This document shows positions 24,777-35,308 of a stretch of DNA of 64,000 nucleotides, in pieces. Each line of letters starts with the position of its first letter. Within the stretch, counting starts at the first letter, position 1. The position numbers and the translations under genes are program-made. Below the pieces are notes generated by a model. That model saw nothing but the letters and a program-made list of their open reading frames with translations, was not told the origin of the DNA and searched no databases. The stretch spans positions 248,001 to 312,000 of the forward strand of contig OY253679.1 in NCBI GenBank assembly GCA_958009085.1, read 5' to 3'. This stretch comes from Protoeuglena noctilucae (Eukaryota).

Positions 24777-26354
24777 ATGTCGTCGGCGCTCTGCGCCACG
24801 TTCGTGGCGCCCGCGCCCTTCGCGGCGCCGGCCTGCCGTCGCAGCGCGCATGCAGCAGCGAGCACCTCCTCTGCACCCGTCTCTGCCGTTCGCGGCGCCC
24901 GACGGCCCTCCGGCGGTCGTCGGCCGGTCGCAACGAGGGCCATCGCAGCGCCGGGGCTCACCAGCGCTGAGGTGGCGCAGTTCGAGCGCGACGGGTACCT
25001 GGTCATCCCCGGCTTCGCGAGTCCCGAGGACCTGGCCGCGCTGCGGTCCCGGATGGACGAGCTCGTCGCGGGCTTCGATCCCCAGCGAGGTGCCTGCGTG
25101 CTCGAGTCACTGAGCCCCCGGAACGGCGCGCTGTTTCCGCTCTTCCAACCACTTTGGTGAATCTCCGTGCAGTGCGGTCGATCTTCTCGACGCGCGACCA
25201 GCGGAGCAAGACGGACGACTATTTCCTTCGTTCGGGCAACGCCATCTCGTTTTTCTTCGAGGAGGAGGCGTTTGGGCCGGACGGGTCCCTGCAACAGGAC
25301 AAGGCGCTGAGCATCAACAAGGTCGGCCACGCGCTGCACGACCTGGACCCCGTCTTCCGGCGCTTCTCCCGATCCCCACGCATGGCCGCAGTCATGCGCA
25401 GCCTCGGGTTCCGCCGCCCGGTCCCGGCGCAGTCCATGTACATTTTCAAACAGCCGGGAATCGGCGGAGAAGTCGTGCCGCACCAGGACAGGCGAGAGAT
25501 GCAGACAAGAGGCTTCGCTCTCACATCTTATGCAAACGCTTTGCTCATACCCATGCATACCTGTGCTTTGCTGAAGCGCATGCAACCCTTTTCTCCCGCA
25601 GCACGTTCCTGTACACGGAGCCGGAGCCCACCTGCGTGGGCCTGTGGCTGGCGCTGGAGGATAACACGAGGGACAGCGGGTGCATGTGGGCCGAGCCCGG
25701 CAGCCACCGGCAGGGCGTCCACCAGGGCCTCTACAAGCGCTTCGTGCTGCGGGTGAGGACCATGCTATCATGCTACTTCCTATCATGTTCTTTGACTAGT
25801 CTCTCGTGTCGTTTCACGGTTAGCTGCGCTGCTGCGATGTGACGGTAGCCCAGCCGATGCCACATGCTATGCTGTTATGCTACAGTAACACAGACCAGGG
25901 TTGCATGAATCATATCCCGCACCTCCCCGTCCCACGCCTCCCCACCACCCACCCTTGTTACCACAGGACGGCCAGGTGACGTTCGTCAGTGCGGACCCCA
26001 GCACCCCATCGGACCAGGTCCCTGCCATCCCTTTTGAGGAGTCTGCGTTCGTCCCCCTGGAGTGCCCGGCCGGGACCCTCGTGGTGCTCCACGGCGCTGT
26101 GCTGCACTACAGCAAGAAAAACACGTCCCCACGGTCACGCCACGCGTATGCCATGGTGAGGGCCCGATGGGAGGGAGGCGCTGGCGAAGTGGGGCACATG
26201 GCAATGCGCAGCGAGCCAAGAAGCGGCGCATTGGGGCTCACGTGCCAGGGCCCTTTCTCCGCAGCACTTCGTGGAGGGCGCCGAGGGGTTCACGTGGTCC
26301 AAGGACAACTGGCTGCAGAGGGACCAGGGGTTCCCGTTCGAATCCCTCTACTGA
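24777..26354 (+). CDS. PHYHD1: Phytanoyl-CoA dioxygenase domain protein (PhyH family Fe/2OG oxygenase)
   Basis: [57 protein letters not shown] (HxD; GC donor 25492), [37 protein letters not shown]. Ala/Arg/Ser-rich transit-peptide-like N-terminus; five exons. Confidence 0.92.
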
Positions 26355-26678
26355 CGCACGGCATGGGTGGCTCACTTTGCTTCTCCAAGCTACGGGCTCG
26401 CCCTCTGCACCTCGTTGGGCCAGGGCAGGGGCAGCGCTAAGCTAAGTATGCTCTCTCTTCACGGGCTAGTTGCGCTCTGACCTACCAGATACACTCACCC
26501 CGGGCGCTAGTCAGCCTCAGCGTTCCTTGAACTCACACTTGCGTAAAGACGCTGATCGATTCAAGCTCTGGACTCTCCAGAGAGACGCAATTCGCTTGCT
26601 ACTCGGCGAACCCCGAGTTTCGCTGTCTGAGGCACACATCAGCAGTGCAGTAGTTACGCTCCAACTCCTCGCTCCGAT

Positions 26679-29063
26679 TCAAACCCCTCCCTGGGCAGCT
26701 GCAGCCGTGCCCCCATCGCCGTCCCCACGCGATCGCAGCGGCTCCACCAGCAACGCCTCGCTGCCTGCCACAAACCCCGCCTCCTCGAGACTCGGGCCCC
26801 CGCTCCCATACACCCAAGCGCGTGTCGAGACACCACCCTCTTTCCCAAAACCCCCCGCACCCACACCCGCACCCGCACCCGCACCCGCACCCGCACCACC
26901 ACCCGCACCCACGCTTGTGACGTCCAGATTGGCCACCACCCTCCGCGGAAACTGCCTCGCGAGGTTATACGTGCCCGGCCGCCCCATGTGCGCGTCCGCA
27001 AACACGAAGAGGTGGCGGAGGGGCTCGTGGAGCGCGAAGCGGCGCGTGCGGACGGCGCCGTCGGGGAAGCGGAGGCTGCGGGGACGAGGTGTGAGGTGTG
27101 AGGTGAGGGCACGTTGATGACACACTATCATCAAATGAAGCTGCTAATCGAAAGTGCTGGGAGAGTGCTGTGAGACACGGTTGAGAGCCAACGTTCGTCG
27201 TCCAAGCTGCCCAAGGAGTACCCCATGCACAGCAAAGCACACCAACACTTGTCACATGCAGCACTCACCGGCACGTCAGCACCCCCGCCTCCGCCTCCGC
27301 CCCGCTCGGCTCCGGTGGCAGCAACGACCGCGCCTCCTCCATGCACTGCCGCCGCGCCTCCTCTTCCCTGTAAAAAACGGAGATAGTCAAACAACGATCC
27401 TCGATATCTCTTCCAAGGATATCCAAATCCATTGTGCCTTGCTCAGCGCACCCAAGCACTCGCACTCGCCCATCCACACCCCCCTTCATACAACGTCTGC
27501 ATTGTACCAAACGTGCATTCCGAGTCACCTTTCGCCCCTCTTCCTCTCCTCCTCCTCTTCTCGCCTCCTCTCTTCCTCTTCCGCGATGGCCTGGAGCCTC
27601 ACGCGCTCCAACTCCGCACGAATGGCAGCCTCCTCCTCCTCCCTGCGCCTGCGAGAAAAAGCAGGATAAGGTTTAATCTTGTTGTTAAGATGTTCTTGTT
27701 CATCAGTCACACCCAATCCACGGTGATGCTCAGAGAAGGCACATGGTCGTAGCACAGCTACAGCACGCAGTGCTTGGATGTGACAACAACAACAGTCGTG
27801 GCAGTAACGCTGATTACCATGACCAACACCAAACAACACATGGCCACCAATAAGCAGCCTGCGTCTCACCGCTCCGCCTCTTCGTGCTCCAGCGAGGGCA
27901 GGATGTCGACCGCCACGTCCGTGTCGGTGATGGATGCCCCGCCGTTGGGCTCCACCCTCACCACGCGCACCTCGTGGTCGACCACTTCGCCAGACGGGGT
28001 CGCCACGGGCACCGACAGGCGCTGGCCGTCACTGAGGGCACGCACACAGATGCATAGGGTGAGCAACTAGGGTGAGCGAGGGGGCGGGCAACGGGACGAG
28101 CATGCTACGCTACGTCTCTAATGTTTCACTCTCAAACTCTATACTCTCCTCTCCTCCTCCCCTCACCCGAGCGTGGCGTGGGCCACCAGGGCCCCCTCTA
28201 GCGTCGCCCGGACGTCCTGGCAGTCCCTGGCGAAGCCGGCGGACACGGGCTGCAGCTGCGCGAACGTCGCCTTCTCCAGGCGCAGGTACCGCACCGTGAC
28301 GCGGCCGCTGCGTGGAAAAGAGCAACGACAGAGAAACATGTGTGAACAGGAGAGCCAGCCACACGGAGCTCAGCTGTGGCGCGGCATCGCAGATGCATCG
28401 CGGCATCGCGCACGCATCGCACCTGTCGATTCCCGAGCGGTCCGCGTCTCCCCAGAGGCTGCGTTGCACGGCGGAGGGCAGCTCGACCGTGCCGGGCGCA
28501 GCCATGAACTCCAGCAGCCCCGCCAGCGCGCGCAGCGACGTCCCGGGCACCGCGACCTCGAAGAACATCGGACCGTTCCTCTCCGGCGCGCTCTGGCCCA
28601 TCAAGTCGTCCCCGGCGGACGCGGGCAAGCGGATCTTGTCGCGGAAACGGCGAATGCCCCGCGCGGCCACGGCGGCCTCGTCCAGCGCCACCGGAACGAG
28701 CCTGTCCTCCCAGTACACGCCCCGGTTGTGCTCCTGGATGGCGTCTCGACGCGCCTCCTCCTCCTCGCGCCTCTCGCGCTCCCGCTGCAGTCGCTCCTCG
28801 CGCTCGGCCTCCTCCTGCCGCCTCCGCTCCTCCGCGAGCGCGTGCACGCGCTGGGCCCTCTGCAAACGATGTCAGGCGCGCGATGGGGGCTCGCGGAGGG
28901 TCAGGTAAAGGCCGGGATCTGGCGCCGGGAGGCGCAACAAAGGCGCGCGAGCAGAAGGCGCGACGCGCCGCCTCACCTCCTCCTTCTCCCTGGCGCGACG
29001 CTGTTGCTCGCGCTGCTCGCGCTCGAGCTTGCTCTGCCGAGCGCGGAGCTCGGCTCCCAGCAT
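26679..29063 (-). CDS. UFD1-like domain protein with coiled coils and C-terminal UBX domain (p97/CDC48 cofactor-like)
   Basis: UFD1-like DKIRLPAS..GPMFFEV..GLLEFMAAPGTVELP..LEKATFAQLQP..ASITDTDVAVDI; UBX-like LPPEP..LRFPDG..RRF..LFVF..QFPRRV..SLEEAGF. Confidence 0.8.
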
Positions 29064-29926
29064 GCGGGCGCACCCGCGCGCGGCGGCGTCACACGAGGCT
29101 CCAGCGGCCAGGCGCCGAGTAGTATAGCGGACGCGGCGGGCAGCTAATTGGCAATCTCTGACCAGCCATCGATCTGCGAAGCAAAGCGACAAACAGCTTC
29201 CGAAGCTGGAGCTGTGTTCCCGCGTCAGGCGCATGCAAGATTGGCAGTGTTTGACCGGCTAACGACGGGCTGGGGCAGCGACTTGCCTCACTTCGCGTGG
29301 TAGCATCAAATAGCGTCGCGCATTGCGCTGCATTTCGTCAATCGATTGGTCCCGGAGTCGAGCTCGGGCCGGGAAAGCATTGCCGAGCTCGAGAGGCGGA
29401 CATCGGTCTCGGGGAAGCCTTGCCGAGCGTTAGAAGCGACAAACACACAGGGAGGCTGGAGGTGAGACGCCGTGGGGTGTGGGATTGGCTACCCGGGCGT
29501 GGCAGCGAGTCAGCAAGGGTTTCCGAGGCGAGGACGACCGATCGCCCTTGTCTGCACTCTCTCTGAGGCAGTTTGTAGATAGATCGATGGCTGGGTGGCA
29601 GAATCGGCCCTGGAGGGCGGCCCTGAGCGTGGTGCGGGAGTGGGCAGGGAAAATTATGCTCTGCGGCTTTTCTGCCGCAATTGCTTGCCGTCTGGGGCCA
29701 GCACGTGTGGCGGGTGCCTGGTTGTTGTATTTCATGAGCTGGATGACCCGGGGGAGCTCGCAATGCGAGCGTCCGCGGCGTGCAGGGTGACAAGGCAGAG
29801 CACGGTATCGCTGGGGCCGCAGTGGGCCCCTAGGGTGGACGTGCGACAGCGCGGACTCTCTCGCTCACAGGACTCGTTTGTACGCTCTCATCGGCGCAGC
29901 CTGTGCTCCTGTCGGGGGACCAGGAC

Positions 29927-32900
29927 ATGAGCTCGAGCATGAAAGAGGTCAAGGAGGCGCTGCGGGAGGTGGAGGCGTCGGGGCCCGGCGCCGGCGGACG
30001 CAAGGGAGGTGGCGGAGGCACGACAATGGTCCGGAAGAAGCAGGACTGGCCGGCCAGGGTGGAGAAGGCGAAGTTCGACGCCTGGCTGCAGAACATGCAC
30101 AAGTGGCCAGCCCCGGAGGGCGCCCTGGGGAACCAGAGGAACGTGGACATCTTCTGGGACATGGACAACGTGAGGGGAAGCGCGCATTGCTGCGCTCGCT
30201 GCCCTGGGTGTCGGGTGGGAAGCGGCGCCAGCGCTGACACTCGTGATGGACCAACGGTCCTCCCCCGGTGCAGGTGCCGCTCTACCCAGTCAACAACGTC
30301 CCCGGCCTGTACCCACACGACCAGTACGACATACTGCTGCGTCGTATGGGCTATGACTTGGGAGCCGCGAGCGTGCGGATGTACGTGGCCATCGCACAGG
30401 ACCGCCTGGACTCCTATTTGCCGGCGGTGAAGCGACGGATTACGGCCGTCCACCCGAATGTCACCATCCAACCCGTTCAGGGTCGAACTCGCGGCGGGAA
30501 GCGAGAAAGTGAGTGCTCTTGCCCAGTTGAGCCACAGACCTGTTACAAAGGTTGTTGCGCCCGGTACATCAGCGATGCAACCTACGAGTGCTCTGCTCCC
30601 TTGCAGTCTCCGACAACGTCCTGAAGTCGTCAATAAAGAGCTTTGTGGATCGGGGACAGCGAGGCAACGCCATCGTGATCGTCAGTGGCGACGGGGACTT
30701 TGTTCCGGAGGTCCGATGTGCCCTCCACAAAGGTGAGGTATCAGATGACGACAGGGGCACAGAGTTGGGTTGCTCAGCTGAGCGGCCATCCTTGACCTAC
30801 ACCTTAGCTTGGATTTGCTGCAGGTGTGAATGTCTACCTGCTAACCCCAAGCCGAGTTGTCACCAGCGATGAGCTGTTCAAGTCAGTTCACTGGCAGCAG
30901 GTGAGAGCCCGTGCTGTGCGTGCTGTCGTATATTCAGCATAAGCAGGATGGAATTGGAAGCCACATGGCGCGCATGGACGATGTGACGCAGTATTTCAAC
31001 CGCTTCATTGAGCTGCACACTGGCCGGGTCAAGCCGGAGCAGAAGCGGGAGACGCCCAAGAAAAAGACGAATAAGAAGAAGAAGACCCCTGCTGAAAAAC
31101 TGGCTGAGGCAGCTCGCAAGGGGAAGAAGCTGGAGATGGACGAATACAAGGCGCACATCATTGAGGAGCGGGAGCACACGCAGGTGCGTGCTGGTCAACA
31201 CCACCGATGTTGGGATTGGAACCGTCGGGTTTGGATCGAAGAGGCCAACCCAGGCACTGAATGAGCATGACCATGCCGCCCCCCGCAGCTGGACATCCTC
31301 ATTATGATCGACGGCACAAAAAGCATGGAACTGTACATTGAGAGGTGATCAAACAGTGCCAGCCGATGCAGGTCCCTTGTTGCTGCTGAAGCTGGCACTG
31401 TTCTCGTCAAGGGTGGCCAACGCGTACATACGTATACACAACTGACTCCGTGCACCATCCTCGCAGCATCAAGGAGGCCATTGGTTCCGACCTCACCGTC
31501 GAGATACAGACCAGGTACCGGACCGCTGCCGGCAACGTCCGCTACGGCGTGCTGGTGTACCGGGACATCGGCGATGAGAAGCAGTACGAGATGCTGGACT
31601 TCACGCCTGATCCCGGGGCTGTCGTTGACTTCCTCGCCACTGTGATAGCGAAGGGCGGCAGCGATTACACGGAGGATGTGATTGGAGCGATGCTGAAGGC
31701 TGCTGAAATGGGCTGGGCGCAGAAAAACAAGGTGGGAGTTGGGTGCGCGGTGTGGCCTGGCGATTTCTCACAGGCTGTCGATGGCTAATCCTGAGGCTCT
31801 GGGCTGACCGAGCAGTGATGCGCTCGCCCAATTGTAAGTGTTGTAAGCACCCTCTCTGGCGCAGGCTGTGTTCCACGTGCTGGAAGCCCCCGCCCACGGA
31901 CACATGATGCACGACCTGGGTGAGGCAAATGACAACTTCTTCCACCGCCCACCTGAGGGCCGAGACCTGCCAGACGTGGAGGCGCGCCGGGCCATGGCCA
32001 AGCTGCAGGAGCTCGGGGTGCAGCGGTACGTGTTCTGTCACCTGGAGAAGCAGCACTGCACCAAGATGACGGAGCTGCTGCGGGAGATTCTTCGTGAGGA
32101 CGGCAAGGACAAGACTGCAGAGGAGAGCAGCTGGCTCGTGGACACCGAGGTCACGCGTGACCCAGGCGAGGGCCCCAGCGCGAGCGGCCAGGCCAGGCTA
32201 GCTGCAGCTGCTGTGTCGGCGGTCGTCATGATGGGCCTGGCAAGGGTGGCGCGTGTGCATGGATGGCACCCTGGGCTGGGCAGACCCTGGCCACGCAAGA
32301 GTGCGGTTCGACCCTTGGGGGTGTAAATGCAACCGTGGCCTCTGCCTTCCATCTGCAGCGCCTCCACCTGGCCTAGAGCCAGTACCGTCCAAGACGCGCC
32401 TTGCGAGTCTGGTGGGCAAGCTGATCGGCCAGACCATGGGCACCATCTCTGCCAGCATGTCCCGCGCGACGCTCACGCGGAAGCAGCCGGAACGATCTGT
32501 TGGCCAGAAAACCTACGATATTGACGACGAGCTTTCCACCGTTCCGGAGGATGTGGGCGAGGCGGGTGGTGCGGCGTCCGAGGCATCGACAGAGCCAGAG
32601 CAAGAGCCAGTGAAACTCATGTTGGACGAATGGTGCATGGAAGGCGCGGAGAGGAGGGCTTGGGAGGCGACCCTGGGCAAGTACCGCGACGTTTTCAAGA
32701 AGATGAGGCGGAAGAAGGGCCCCACGCAGGTCAAGATTATCCTGCCGCCCAACTACCACGGCGACATGGATAGGCTGTTGGAGGACATTGACGACCAGGG
32801 GCTGAGCCAGGGGACGGACCCCAGCGACTCGTTCAGGGAGTACTTGATCCGAGAGGCCCCTCCGCAAGGCTTCGAGGGAGAAAACAAGGTGGCCTTCCTG

Positions 32901-34013
32901 GCCCAGGAGCAGATCAAGGGTTACCGCACCGTGACGCGGAAGGCTGCAGATGGGAGCACCGTGGAACACGCCGAGAAGTCCGACTTCCCAATCGTCGTGC
33001 TGAAGGAGTACAAGGTGCGGGCGGAGGGCGGGTGGCATGCATACGGCAGCAGCAGCCGTTGCCCAAGCGTGGTGTGACGGCACAGCCGTGCACCCCCTTG
33101 CTTTGAGTGCAGACGTTCGGGAGGGGCGAGCACAGCTTCGACAGGTACAACAAGGAGCTACAGGCATGCGGCGTCGCTGCTCTCCTGGCCCAGCTCTTCA
33201 ACGAGCGGGTGAAAGAGGTAAGGGCGCTTTTGCACGTGCTCTGCGCAGCTCAGCTGGGGTGAAAAGGCGAGAGGTGCAATATCTGGCCCATGAGGCACCT
33301 GCCTCATGCCCGGCCGCAGGTCAAGGATCGGCTGACGGTCGCGCCCAAGACGCTGAGCTACCTGGAGACGGGGCTGGTGTCGTACCAGGGCTTCCCCGCA
33401 GGGAAGACCAAGCAGGGGCCCAGCAAGCAGCCCGTGCAGATCTACCGCCTACAGGAGCCGCTGGTGCTGGGCAAGTTCATCAAGTGGTCGTCCAACGCTG
33501 GTGAGGCCCTGGCCGCAGTGCGTGCGCTCCATCAGCAGAGTGCCACGATTCGTGACGCTAGTGAAGGCTGCGTCAGGCACGGGTTTGGTGCATGCTGTGG
33601 CTGCAGCCCATGCATCGTGCCGCGATGAGAGTTTGCCCCCAACCCCGCACCTAACAGGATACGTGAACATGGAGGAATGGGACGAGATCGCGCACGCCTT
33701 CACCCACTGGACCTACCAGGCCACCGAGGGCCGGCTGATGGTCACGGACGTGCAGGGCGTGCGCGTCGGCAAGGCGGCCATCAAGCTGACGGATCCACAG
33801 ATCCACTGCGTGCACCCGGAGCTCTTCACGCACGAGACGAGCAGCTTCGGGAGGGTGGGCATGCTCAAGTTCTTCCAGAACCACCAGTGCGGGGACACAT
33901 GCAAGGCCCTTGGCCTCAGCGACGCTCTGGAGGAGTTGGAGAGGCTGCGCGGGGAGCTGGACGGGCTGCAGGAGGAGGACGTGGTTGAGGTGACGGAGCA
34001 GCAGGGAGTTTAG
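29927..34013 (+). CDS. NYN (PIN-like) RNase domain - vWA domain - alpha-kinase fusion protein
   Basis: NYN motifs VDIFWDMDNV, GKREISDNVLK and AIVIVSGDGDFVPEV..GVNVYLL; vWA motifs LDILIMIDGTKSM, YRDIGD and GGSDYTEDV; alpha-kinase motifs VVLKEYK, QEPL..GKFIKWSSNAG, HAFTHWTY..LMVTDVQGV..LTDPQIH and FFQNHQCGDTC. About 12 exons join in one frame; an upstream exon is possible. Confidence 0.82.
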
Positions 34014-34299
34014 GCCGAGGTGGCGAGGCCCTAGGAGGTGCAGGGGAGGTGGAGTGGAGGTGGCGAGGCCGTGGGAGGCGTGCCGGAGGAGGCAAGGGAC
34101 AAGAGGGTGGCCAGCTGACCCACTTTGCATAGAGCGTGGAGGGTGATGCAGCAGGGAAGGAGAGCCTTTGCGAGGATGAAGCTGTAGCGACGTGCCGGCC
34201 ATGAACGTAGGTAATCGGTTCCGGGTCTGCTAGCGGTGTATCGGGTGGCGCTGATCTTTCAACCGCGAGACCCACGCGAGCATGCATGTCCGGGTGTCA

Positions 34300-34480
34300 A
34301 CAGCCACACTGTGACTGTGCTCGGGGCACTGGCGACTCCCAGCGCCACCAGTCCCACCACCGCGCCCAGCCAAGCCGCCAGCTGGAGGTACCACGGAGCC
34401 CCGGCCCACCTGCAGCCGCGCTATGCAGCAGCTAGGCTGTCGCCCTCCCCGATGTCCCTCAACCGGACAGACTCTTTGGG
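34300..34480 (-). pseudogene. Decayed partial duplicate of the cyclase membrane-domain exon
   Basis: Translates RLRDIGEGDSLAAA*RGCRWAGAPW-YLQLAAWLGAVVGLVALGVA versus RPRDLRDVDSMAAALRGRTWAGALW..YVVAWLGAVVGLVTLAVA at ~37700-37930. In-frame TAG at 34421-34423 and an internal deletion. Confidence 0.7.
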
Positions 34481-35308
34481 AACACGCTTCACCGGGGTAG
34501 AGGCTTGTGGGGCAGTGTGAGGTAACGTCGATGGGGCGCAACAGCAGCATGATCGTCGTGATCTGCAAGCTCGAGGCATGCTCCACCCTCGACGCCCCCC
34601 TGCCTTCCTGCCTGCCCCAAAGCTTTGCTTCGTTCGATGCCAGTCTCGTACAACCACGGCCTTCAATCGAATGGGAGAAGGATCTCTCCGTGGTCGAGTG
34701 GGGCTAGGTCCATGCGAGCCGCCGGAAAGCTCTATGGCCCCGAAAGAGAACAGAAACATGACTGACGGGATCAAAAGGCATGCAGATCACGGTCGCCTAG
34801 TCACGCAGCCGATATGGCATTGCGCGCAGCGGTGGCCGAGGTCACGGGCAACGCGTCGCAGAAACTCGGGACGCCGCTGCATCCTGCTGCCAAAAGGAGG
34901 CGCGGGCGTCACGGGACTTGGGAGGGGCGCGTTGAGTAACTATGCTTTGGGGCGGGGGTTGGGAGCTTAAACGCTGACACGGGCAGGAGGGCCGAGAGAT
35001 GGGATGGGTGTCTGAAGGGGTCACTGGAAAGGTGGGCGGTATGGTCTCCTACGCGGATGCAACGGGTAGGGGTGCACAGGGCGTGGGGTGTGCTGAGGGC
35101 GCGCGTACACGGGAGGGCGCAATGCACAGGGTCGCCGCTTGGGTCATCACGCGCGTATGCACTGTATGAACGTGTGTGCCATCCCGACTAGGACTGGTCG
35201 GCGACACGCGGCAGTCGTGCGTTGAGCAGACGCTGAGACATGGCAGCGAGAGTCTTTGTGTGTGTCTTGGCCGGACTGGCACGCGTCGGTCGGCACTACA
35301 CGCGAGAC

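Noticed and set aside
34421..34423. In-frame TAG as evidence of TAR-to-Gln recoding (known in some ulvophytes)
   Set aside because: CPI1, the alpha-kinase and PF20 end at TAG and NRAMP-B at TAA, and no intact gene needed internal TAR codons; a pseudogene stop is simpler.
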